Assembly: GCF_000315625.1 (NCBI RefSeq)
Contig: NW_005434652.1
Location: 426,384 to 490,383 of the forward strand
DNA: 64,000 nucleotides
Source: Guillardia theta CCMP2712
Lineage: Eukaryota > Protista > Cryptophyta
Reading direction: 5' to 3'
Below, one piece after another: positions 11,781 through 23,200 of the stretch. The first letter of the stretch is position 1; each line of letters starts with the position of its first letter. The position numbers were made by a program, and so were the translations under genes. A model generated the notes under the pieces. That model was given only the letters and a program-made list of their open reading frames with translations, ran no database searches and was not told where the DNA came from.

Positions 11781-14700
11781 CTAGCCCAGCCGCAGCTCCC
11801 TCAAGGCCCGAGCAGACAGCTCCTCTCTCCTGACCTCCTCCCTGTACGTCTTGCTCGGGTTTTCTCGCAGCAGCCACGTCCTTAGCGTGTGTGGCTCTCC
11901 CCTGGCATCCGCGACTTGCATGCTGACTGCCGTCACCACTTCCCACCCCCGGCAGACCCGCCCGTTGATGCAGCCATAAGGCCCGGTCCCCTTCCTCCAC
12001 TCCTCCTCCATCTCTCCTCCCAGCCCCAGCCGCTGCCGGAGAGCCTCGGGGACGCGACGAAGATCGCGCATGGCGGAGATTCTCAGGTCCTCGAACTCTC
12101 GGATGGCGGCAGGAAGTGACTCTGCAAGCTGCCACCTCCTCTCCTTGCGCAGCCAAGCAGAGCAGGCACCTGCATGCTCGTCAGAGGGTGGAGGAGGAGG
12201 ACGGAGAGGAGGAGGAGCAGGAGACCTGAGTGCACGTCAGTGCGATTGGCGAAGATTGAGTCCCAGCAGAGCAGCGGGTTCTTCCAGTAGATCTCTCCCT
12301 CCCTGTGGACGAGGCTGTCACAGACGTGCCTCACATAGACAAGCAAGGGGGTGAAAGGAAAGGAGGAGACGTGGAAGGGAAGGAGGAGGGAGGAGATATG
12401 TAGATGGAGCTTTTTGAAGGCTTGGAGGTTTGGAGAAGTGGTAGCAGCAGCAGAAGAGAGAGCAAAAAGAGCTGACGGAAGGGGGTAGCAGGAGCCATTT
12501 AGGAGAAGGAGCAGAAGATGGAAAAGAAGCAGGTGGAGGAGGGGAGAAAGAGAGGAGGAAGAGGAGGAAGAGGAGGAAGAGGATGGGTGGAGGAAGAGGT
12601 TGGCACCTGGCGATGCACTCATTCCACTGCTCCGTGGTGACACATGCTGATGATCTGCTCGTCACGTCAGTCGTCCGACCGATAGCAGCAGCATGAGACC
12701 GTGCGAAGAACCGAGAGTCTGTGTAGACGATGGCGGCAGAGCCCGGGGGGCAGCGGCCTGACCAACCGTCCCCCTCCGCCTGAGGGACGTCGGAGCACAC
12801 GGGGATAGGAACTTCAGCGAGGAGGACGGGGAGTGAATGGGACAGGTTGTAGCATCCTTGGCTCATCAGGGGCGGGGCAGACTCGTCGAAGGTTGCATTG
12901 CAGGTGAGGGATACCATGTCGCTGCCGCCCGAGTGACGCGCGAGTTTGCTGCTCTCGATGGCGCTCCCTTCCTCCTTCCCGCCCGCGCTGCGGGTCCTTC
13001 GCCTGCAGCCCTCCGCCTCCTCTCTGCACGTGCCCAGTGAGCTCTTGAGCTCTGCTAGCTCCAGCTGAAGCCTCCGCCCGTCGTCCTTGCACTTCTCAGC
13101 CAGCTGGTCTGCGTGCTTCTTCTTCCCTTCAAGTTCTGTCATCTCCCTCCTGGACGCGTCCTGTGACTCTCTGTACGCCTGGCTGCTGTTGTGAGCAACC
13201 TCCTCGAGCATCTCCTTGTCTCGCTCGCAAGCTGCAAGTTTCTGTTGCTCGACGAGGATTACATCGCGTCCTTCCCCTTGCAGCCTCACCAGCTCCTTCT
13301 GGCAGCTTGCGGCCTCCTGCACTGCCTCCTCCTGCTTCTTCTCCAGCTCCACCAGCTTGCTGACTTCTCTGCTCTCTCTCTCCTGTGACGAGATCAACTC
13401 GTCTCGGCAGCTCACCAACTCCTCCTCTGCTTTCCTCTTCACCCTCCCCAGCTCTTCCATCTCGATCTTCCATGCCCCTCGCAAGTCTTGGCAGGTCTTG
13501 TTGGCGTTCCGTGCTGCCTCCTCCAGCACGTCCTTGTCCTTCATGCAGCCCGCTAGCCTCTCTTGCTCGGCCAGGTAGCGGCCGTTCAGTGCCGTCTGTG
13601 AGGACTTGACTGCCGTCAGCTCTGCATTCCTTGACGCCAACTCGGCCTCGAGCTCTTGGAGCTTCTCAACCGCTACTGACGGAACGATCGTCAGGTTGTT
13701 CCTCCCTTTGGCATGCGTAGCGCACGTAGCAACATCGTTATGACAGCAGGTCGAAGCCATGCAAGTATCAACAGGTCCAATCGGTGAGAATGCAGAGCCA
13801 GACACGAAATGCTGGGATACGTTGGCGTCCTCCAACATGGGCACCGGTGAGAGGAGGACGAGGGAAACCAAGACCGTTGCAATTCCAGATAGGATCAGCA
13901 TCATGAACTTCCATGGGGAGAACCGAGTAGCTAGCTCTCTTTTCTTTTCCTGCAGATCTCGTTTCGTCTCCTGCAAATGTCTTCAGCCCACCTGTTGGCA
14001 ACGACAGGATGCATAGTACCTCATACTGCTCTTCCTTCCTCCTCAGCCGCTCCAGCGCCTCCTGCATCCCGTTTTCCTTCGATCGCAACTGTGCCTGTAC
14101 CTCTCTGACGTCTTCATCCTTCCTCTTCAACTGCTCCTCTACCTCCCCGATCTCTACATCCTTCCTCCTCAGCCGCTCCTCTACCTCCTGTATCCTGGCT
14201 TCCTTCGATCGTAGCTGTGCCCGTACCTCCTCCACCACTTCGTCCTTCGATCGTAGCTGTGCCCGTACCTCCTCCACCACTTCGTCCTTCGATCGTAGCT
14301 GTGCCCGTACCTCTGTAAGCTCTTCATCCCTCCTCCTCAGCCGCTCCTCTACATCTTGCATCCCGTCCTCCTTCGATCGTAGCTGTGCCCGTACCTCCTC
14401 CACCTCTTGATCCTTCTCCAGCAGCAGCTTCTGCAGATCTAGAATCTTTATTCTCGATGCTTCGTCTTCATACGGCTCCGTCTGAAGGTTTTTATCCGCA
14501 GATTGTTTCAGCGATCCCACAGACAAGTCAAAGACAGCAGACTGGAGTGACGACGTCAAATCTTCAATTTCACTGCAAGTGCCGTGCAGCTTCCCGAGCA
14601 TGGCACCGATTTCACTGTCCCCCGGGTACGCATCGGGCTCAGTTTGAACAGGGGAGCGAGGGGTACAAGGCTCCGAGTTGGTCGACTCAGAGTCATTGTC

Positions 14701-16030
14701 GCCGTCAGCCACAACGTCTCCTATCAGAAATCCGCTGGCCTTCAGGCGGTTCTTGAGGTCTGCGGCCTTCAAATTCAGCTCCTGGTGTCTCTTCTTTCGC
14801 ACCTCGTAGAATTGGGTGATAGAGCTGCCAAGCCGCGATGGCTTCTTCTTAGCAGCAGATACCGCCAGTGCACTGTCGCTGCACTTGTTGCTCTGGCGGG
14901 TGGTGAGGGGCGTCCGGACGGGAGAGCTTCCATGGCCCTGCCTTCCATACTCTTCGCTCCTGCTCCTCTCAACCGAAGAGGTGTAGGAGTCCGAGGACAT
15001 ACCTCGGTAGTAGTGTATGGTACGAATCATCGGCCTTTGAGGGTTGAGATCGATCTCCGATGAGGAGGGGTCTATCAAACTTTGATCCTCACTGCTGTGC
15101 CTCGCAAATCTGAGGGTCACGATCGATCCTGGCACACCCATGAGCAGGGGAACTACGGAGTCCTGCGGGTAAATCGACATGAGATCAGGTCGCTCACAGT
15201 GAAGGAACTTACGAAATCTTTTCCTTTGACTTGGATGTCATTGACGGATATCAGATGATAGCCGGAAATGTTCTCAAAGGAATCTCCTATCATGTCATCC
15301 ACCACGCAATCGTCAGAAACCTTCTGTAGGTGTATTCCCACGACGTAGTGATTTGATCTGTCAACACTGTTCCTCCTCTGCAGAAACAAGACAGCACTCC
15401 TCCTACCAGCATTGCAGTACAACAGTTCAAACATTATCCGAAGCTTGGAATTAGAGTTCTCCTTATCAAAGAGGTCGATCTTCCGCGGTTGTCCCAACAG
15501 AGACTCAGCCGTCCTGGAACTTGGGGAGTCATCGCAATGAGAATAGTACATCGCTGCTTGCTGATAGTTGCAAGGCGGAGGGCAAGGAGCCTTCGGGCAA
15601 GACGCTTCTTCATTCTCCCTTGCCTCTTGCATCGGCAATGGATTGAGGGCCTCGCAACTTTGCACTTGCCGTATGCTCGACGTGACTGAGTAATTCCTGG
15701 TAGCAATGGTTGAGCTCGTGTAGGGCTTGAGTCACCAACGCACCTGCCATGTCCGTCCAGGAGCGAGATCATCAGAGATGTCTTAGCGTGGTCGTTCAGC
15801 TCCTGCCAGACCTCCAGCAAGGTCTTGTTGGCCGTCGAAATCCCATTGATTTCCAGGATCGTGGATGGAACCGAAATTCTGCACTCCAAGTCAGTGATGG
15901 GACTCACAACGTCGCGCAAAGATCACAGCAAGGACCTCGCTCCCTCCTCTTGGGACGACCTAACAACTTGGGGGACATCGTGATCCATCTCGATGCCAAA
16001 GGACGAGCCATCGAAAGTGAATGACAACAT
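11781..16030 (-). CDS. Single-pass membrane protein: two PDZ-like domains, coiled coil, TM helix, second coiled coil, Cys-containing C-terminal domain
   Basis: MLSFTFDGSSFGIEM...ILEINGISTANKTL and VGIHLQK...LISVNDIQVKG...LLMGVPGSIVTLRFAR are PDZ-like; heptad repeats in ORFs 13768-15180 and 12318-13976; hydrophobic FMMLILSGIATVLVSLVLL at ~13850-13910. Confidence 0.6.
14030..14410 (-). repeat. Coding 42-nt tandem repeat (14 aa, EEVRAQLRSKDEVV-like) within a coiled coil
   Basis: cttcgatcgtagctgtgcccgtacctc recurs at ~14202, 14245, 14287 and 14371, with diverged units (EERLRRKD) interleaved. Confidence 0.9.
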
Positions 16031-16983
16031 GCCTCAACCCGACTCGGACTGAGGCTCAGCGGCTCCCCGGCCGGACTCGGAGTCACCTCAGCCTGCCCTG
16101 TTGCTCGTTGCTCCTGCTCCGAAGCCTGTTCTAGAGCCTTGGTCTCCTCTCCTTCAGAACTTTCCTCCTCTCGCCCTCGCTCTCCTTCACTTGATCTCGG
16201 GGACGGAAGTTCAATGGTCCTCACCCTGTAACGCCATCCGAAATCAAATCGTACCACCCCACCCCACCCCGAAATCAAGCTTTTGCAATAGAGGTACCCC
16301 ACATTTTACCAATTTTACACCACACCGGGTGACTACCCCCACCCCGGGTGGTGAGCGACCCCATCCGCCTGGGAACCATATCAGTGACCCCCGGTGCAAT
16401 CACGCCGAACCTTGAAATTTCAAAATTGACCAGTGAATTCGAAATATTCAATCTATCTTGAAATATCAAGAAAAAGGTGAGCTAAAAGAGTTTCTGGGAT
16501 AAGTTCAGAGGTAACCAGGGTTTTCACCTCCTTTGATCCAGGGGGTGGGTGATTTCAGGTTTATAGGTAGGGTGGGAGAAAATCACTTCCCGCCAAAACA
16601 TGCAGAGAGGAAGGAAGTGAGAAGCGATATGTAAAGGGAAAGGAAATGGTGGCAGAGGACGAGAGATGGGAAGAAAGTAATGAGAACAAGTTGCTGATTG
16701 TGAGTTCATGGTGAATACGGGATTTCAACTGTATCCAGTAGAAATCGAATGAGACCGATAGTGCAGGTGAAGAGTTGTTCGAGATCAGAGATAATAGAGT
16801 TGGACAAAGCAATTGCTGAGCACACAGAATGAAGTATATATATCTGTTCTAAACTTGGGAGAGAATCAAAATCTCAGGAAATCATCTTCTTTAAACTTGA
16901 AAAAGAATCAAATCTTGACATACTTTCATTTACAGATTTCGTTCATTTTAAAGCAGGTGGGCTTACTCGCGCAGACTCTCGCC

Positions 16984-18702
16984 ATGTCAAAGAGGAAACT
17001 TGAGACAAGTGAAGACGCTAATCAGCCAAGCATTGCCCAATTTTTCAATGTGAAAGGGGAAAAAGCAGATGCAGAAGAATCTGACAACAATGAAACTCTT
17101 CGAATCACTTACTTTGCGGAGAAAGAGGAGGAGGATGACAAGGGAGAGAGAAAGAAAAAACAACAGAAGCGCAGTAGCAAGGGTGATGTGCCTTCAGCGG
17201 CGAAGAATGCTGCGAAGTCGTCTGGAGTTCAACAGAGCAAGAAAGCTCAACTCAACAAGACGAACAGGTCAATCAACGACCCTGTTACCAAGATTGAGGG
17301 AGGGGAAAAGGTCACCTCAATGTCTCCGTCAAAATCACCCAGGCAGGAGCAATCCAGCAAGCGGCAGAGCAAACCGAACTCCAAGAACGCCGGCCGCAAG
17401 AATAGAAAATCGGAATCTTCAAAGGTTACTCTAGAATCGATTGCACTGCAGTATGGTGAAGGAGTTCAGACCCCAAGGCACAAGCCCAAATTCCACGAAG
17501 GAGATCGAATTTTGGGTGTGAGTCACATCAGTCATGGTGAACTTTATGAGGCAAAGATATTGAAAATTCGGCCAGAATTGAAGCAGGGACAGCCAATTTG
17601 GCAGTATATGCTCCATTACCAAGGTTGGGCGAAGAAATGGGATGAGTGGGTTAATGAAGATGGATTATATGAAGACAATGCAGAAAGTAGAAAACTAAAG
17701 CAAGAGATTTTGGATAGAAACAAAGCGCGGCGAGAAGAGTTGAAAGCCAAGGGCAAAAAGCAAGTTAATGCAAAAGCAAGTTCCAACAATGAATCTCAAA
17801 GTAATATAGACCACGAGAGCTATGAACCAAAAGAGAAAAACTATAGGGTGTGTTGAAATCTAGTCTTTATATTTGCTGATTTTTTGTTACAGATTACTCT
17901 CCCAAATACATTGCAACGCAGACTTCTTGATGACCTGGACATGATTGAGGACAACAAGCTTTTGCCTATTCCCAGTATGCCCACAGTTTTTTGGGAACTC
18001 GTATTGATGAATTTTCCAGGAAATCCCTGTGTGAAACAATTTCTGCAAAATTTCCTTGATTTCAAGAAATCGGCTGGTCCGTCGCCCCAGGAATTTTCAA
18101 AGATGGAAGACATGATCAAGGTGAATGGTACATTGGGGCTATTGCTGAAGGAATTGACATGGAATTGCAGGGTCTGGAGGTGTTTTTCAACAACACATTT
18201 GCTAAAATGCTGCTCTATCGATTCGAGAGTGTACAATTTCGTAGGTAGTCTTTGAACAGTCAGCATTCCGCAAAAGCAAGTCTTCTCACTTTGCCAAAAC
18301 CAGATTCTGTTCAGCAAATCCAGGGATGAGGCCAAGCGAGGTATCAGTTTGATGCAAAGACATCCTCGCTAACATCGCTAGGTCTATGGCGGAGAACATT
18401 TCTTGCGGCTGATGGTAAAGCTTCCATCTCTCATGCAAGAAGCAAAACTACCGCTTGATCTGGCTCAGGCAAACGGAACATTTGTGTATGGTAACTCTCT
18501 GATATTTTTTTGTTAGAATGTGCAACCTATTTTGACTGATTTGGTCAAATACCTCGAGAAGAACGAGAATATGTACATGACAACAGAATGGCAGCCTGTC
18601 GATACAGATTACATTGAGGTGATTACAGCATTTCCTTTTTTTGCAACGTGTCTTTCTGATGCGAAAAATGATCAGATGATCGACCAGCAGGCGATTAATT
18701 GA
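16984..18702 (+). CDS. MRG15: MRG15/Eaf3 chromatin protein (chromo-barrel + MRG domain)
   Basis: YEAKILK...YMLHYQGWAKKWDEWV (chromo barrel); ITLPNTLQRRLLDD...YGGEHFLRLMVKLP (MRG domain) across short introns. Confidence 0.92.
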
Positions 18703-20295
18703 TATTTTAATTGATCTAGAGCTTTGAATTAGCTATCAACGAATCTCTCGTGTTGGAGCAAGAGATAAAAAGAGATAACAAAAAAGGATCTTCTTTCATC
18801 GTCCTAGCATAACCACGAGGTGCGTGATCGAGAAAAGTCGACGTCGAACAAATCGGATGCTTCAGTCAACTGAGAGTTGCAGCTCTTTGCGCACCTCAAT
18901 CAAGTTGTCATCTCATTTCCAATTGCGATGCTAGACAGATATGCACAAGGGTTTCATACAATGGCGATAGAGATGCCAAAAGCATGCGCTTCATCATCAG
19001 CAAACTGTCGTCAGGACTGCGAGGACGTGGATGCGAGTCGATCCAGCCCGCACACTCTGTGTGCTTGGTAAACAAGGAACGTGTAACATCCTACATGCGC
19101 GAAAGATGCTATTTGATGCTAGCGACCACTCATCAATGCACCCCACCCGCCTGATTGGAATCTAGGAGTGGTCTCAAGGAGGGGTAGTGCATCCGCCTTG
19201 GAGGCAGAGAACAACAAATAGAGTTGAGACTACCGTACGGTCTGCACGACAGCCCGCCACGTTGACTTTTTCGAAAACATTTCTTTTCGCACTTCAAAGT
19301 GTACCAGTGTCACCCGTGCTGACAGTTTGGTCGTAGGAAAGTAATCCCCATCTAGGACAATGCGAGTTTTAAAATCTCCTGTACCCCCCCCCCCGTCGAG
19401 CTAGACCTGGCAATTAAAATCATCATACCCTCTCTACGACTTCTCCATGTGTGGGTTGTGACCTCAACGTGAGGGGTACCTGTGATAGTCTTTGACTAGG
19501 AATAATATGACCATGAGTAAACCCCCTCCGATAGATTCCCTGCACCCCGTTTTGTACTTGAACCAGGGTACCGATGAAGTCGGGGGGATGGTGGAGGTAG
19601 GTAGGGTGATGAATATTAAAAACGCTTACGTAAAACTGCTCCCACAACTAGGGGGTAGGTGCTACTTGGGTTGCAAGGAGCTTTGCTCATAGCATGGGGT
19701 TATTAAACTTGAAGTCAGGGGTAGTGGTAGGGATTCGATGCGACCGCTGATTAAAGGGGACAGGGGTGGTATTAAAACCGAAGGGAAAGTATGGGTACTT
19801 TCTCAATAATTTTGAGGGTAGGGGTAGTTTATTGGGTTCGATCCTGGTACTTATGCACCCCCTTTGGCATTATAGACAAGGAACCCTCACCCCCTTTTTC
19901 CTCACCCCCTCTGACCTACAACCCCTTTTCAATGCCTTCTCGAGACACCCCTCTACATGAAGATTCGGTACTTTCATCCAAATATATAGGTAGGGGTAAT
20001 GACCATCATTATGCTGTGTCTACACCGGTGGTCAACAAATCATCACCCCTACCCCAACTCTGGCGCTCTACAGCCGTACCGCCTCCTCTACACCCCCTGC
20101 GCCTCTCCTCTCCGCCTTGCCCATCCCCTTTCCTTCCCTCTTCCCTCTCTTGTATTCCTCTATCCTTTTCTGCAGCCTCTCCTCCTTCTCGGAAGGTAGG
20201 CAATCGACTTTTGATTGCTGGCTTTCCTGTTGAGGCTCAGGCTCTATCGACGGTAGGAGTTGTTGCTTCCGAGCCGACTCCGTGCCCCAGCCGCC

Positions 20296-23200
20296 ATGGC
20301 CATTGGGATTGGCTTCCTCAATGGCGTTCGCCTCGCCAGTCGTGGATGCACTAAGCTATGCTCGGGTGCATTTTCAAAATCCGTGTCGCAAACACATTTC
20401 CGCTCCTTCTCAGAGTCTGTGAGGGGTCGGACAACGCCTTTTGGCCCGTACGGTGGATTGATCAACAAGGAAGAAAGTGCCGACATGAACGCTGAGCGCC
20501 TTGAGAACTTGGGAGCTACTGGTGAAGGAACTCCTTTGTATGAAAAGTTCATCATGGAACGAATGGCAAGACGCGCTCAGTTTCTTGCTGAGAACAAAAC
20601 TTTGGTCAATCAGAGTCATGACATTGAGATGATCAAGAACACAACCTGGTCTTGTATTGATGGAAATCAGGCAGCAGCGCATATTGCATATGCTTTGAGT
20701 GAGGTTTCCTTCATTTATCCCATAACTCCATCATCACCCATGGGTGAGATGGTGGATGAGTGGGCAGCAAACGGATTGAAGAACATCTTCGGCCAAACTT
20801 TGAGCGTCACTGAAATGCAGAGTGAAGCCGGCGCAGCTGGTGCTCTACATGGCAGCTTGAAGGCTGGTACGTTTGCCTCTACATATACGGCTTCTCAAGG
20901 GTTGCTCCTTATGATACCGAATATGTATAAGATTGCTGGCGAGCTCCTCCCGTGTGTTATGCATGTATCTGCTAGGACTTTGTGTGCTCACGCATTGAAC
21001 ATCTTTGGTGACCACAGCGATGTTATGGCCGCACGAACAACGGGATGGGTCATGCTCGCATCCGAAAATCCTCAGATGGTTATGGACCAGGCACTTGTGT
21101 CACACCTTGCGACCATGGACATGCGTGTCCCGGTTCTACACTTCTTTGATGGTTTCCGTACTTCACACGAAGTTAACAAGGTGCGAGTCATCAACTACGA
21201 CGATATTAAGAAAATTTTTCCATGGGATTCTGTAAAAACTCACCATGACTCAGCTCTTTCACCTATGAATCCTCACATCCAAGGCACAAACCAGGGTCCA
21301 GATGTGTTCTTTCAGGCTGCTGAGGCTGCAAATGCAATTCACAATACCATTCCAGCATATATGCAAAAGTGGTCCGAGAAAGTGGCAGAGATTACTGGAA
21401 GACGATATGGATTCTTTTCCTATGAAGGTCATCCTGAAGCAGAGAACGTTATTGTAATTATGGGCAGTGGAGCAGTAACAGTTCACGAAACTGTGAAGTA
21501 CCTTAATTCACACCAGAACCAGAAAGTGGGTGTCCTGAAGGTGCGACTGTTCCGTCCATGGATCACAGAAAGATTTATGGCAGCTCTTCCAGCATCGGTT
21601 AAGAGAATTGCTGTGTTGGATAGGGTTAAAGAAGTGGGCGCTATTGGAGAGCCCTTGTTCTGTGATGTATGTACCACTTTGCATCTGTCAGGAATGGACC
21701 ACATCAAGGTTTACGGAGGAAGGTACGGTCTTGGAGGAAAGGATTTTACCCCAGGAATGGTCCTTTCCGTGTTCAAAAATTTGGAAGCTGCACACCCCAA
21801 GACCAAGTTCACGGTCGGCATTGTTGATGATGTAACGAACCTTTCCTTGAACGTTGAACAAGAAGTCGACATGCTACCTTCAGGGACGATTCAGTGCTTG
21901 ATCTATGGATTGGGCTCGGACGGTACCGTTGGTGCAAACAAGTCGGCCATCAAAACAATTGCGCAGAACACTGACAACTTTGCACAAGGCTACTTCGAAT
22001 ATGACTCGAAGAAGTCTGGAGGGTTGACAGTGTCCCATCTTCGTTTCGGACCCCATCCGATCAATGCTCCATACCTTGTGAAAAACGCTGATTACATTGG
22101 AATCCACAAGGAAAGCTATCTTTCAAGGCTCGACATGCTCCGAAACCTGAAGGAAAATGGAACGGTTGTGATCAATTGCACCTTCGGTCCAGAGAAAGTA
22201 GAGAATATGCTTCCACCTCGTATGAAATACCAGCTTGCCTCGAAGAAGGCTTCTTTGTACTTGATCAATGCTGTCAAGGTTGGCAGGGAAACGGGAATGG
22301 GAAAACGAATCAACATGGTCATGCAATCCGTTTTCTTCAAGCTCAGTCGTGTGCTGCCGTTTGAGAAAGCTATCGAGTTATTGAAGAAGGATGTTCAAAA
22401 AATGTATGGAAAGAAGGGTGAAGAAGTCGTCAAGCGCAATTGGGATGCCATCGATCGTTCTATTGAAAATTTGGTTGAAGTTCCAGTGCCTGCTCAATGG
22501 GCCCAGATTCCGGTTACTACGAACAGTGCGGGCAAAATCACCAGTGCAGCTGGTATGCGTTCTTATTCGACTTACAATGGCAATGGTAAGACTGCTCCAT
22601 TCAGTCCAGCCCTTCGGTCTCGTTCTATTTGGCGTACTTCGAATTCGCCATCACGGCGCTACTTTTCGACGAGAAACCTCTCCTCTCCTGCTGTGTCAGC
22701 GTGTGGTTCGAAGCCAGGCTGCGGCGGATGCTCAAAAACACCAGAAGAAATCAGAAAATCTACCCTTGAATTCGTTGATGAAATTGTTGAACCTGTCAAC
22801 AAATTTGAGGGCAACGACTTGCCTGTAAGTGCGTTTGTCCCAGGTGGTCGTGTACCCACTGGAACATCAGCATTCGAGAAGAGAGGAATTGCTCTCCAAG
22901 TGCCTCGTGTAGATATGGACAAATGCACTCAGTGCAATTACTGCTCCCTTATCTGCCCTCACGCTGCCGTGAGACCATTCCTGTTCACAAAGGCCGAGCT
23001 CGAAGGCGCCCCTGAAGGCATCAAGAAAGGGTCCAGAAAGGCTATTGGCGGTGGAGTTCTAGACAACTACAACTTTCGCGTTCAGGTATGTTAACTGTTT
23101 TCAATCATTTGAAGTGTCACTCATTTTCGTAGGTGTCTCCACTTGACTGCACAGGATGCGAATTATGTGTCCGCATTTGTCCTGCTGATGCTTTGTTCTT

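Noticed and set aside
14200-14410. Regularly spaced direct repeats resembling a CRISPR array
   Set aside because: In-frame coding heptad repeats with no unique spacers and no cas genes, in a eukaryotic context.
18700-20290. Possible transposon or ncRNA in the long intergenic region before PNO
   Set aside because: No transposase or RT motifs, no clear TIR or TSD, and no tRNA or snoRNA structure recognised; only G/C-run tracts.
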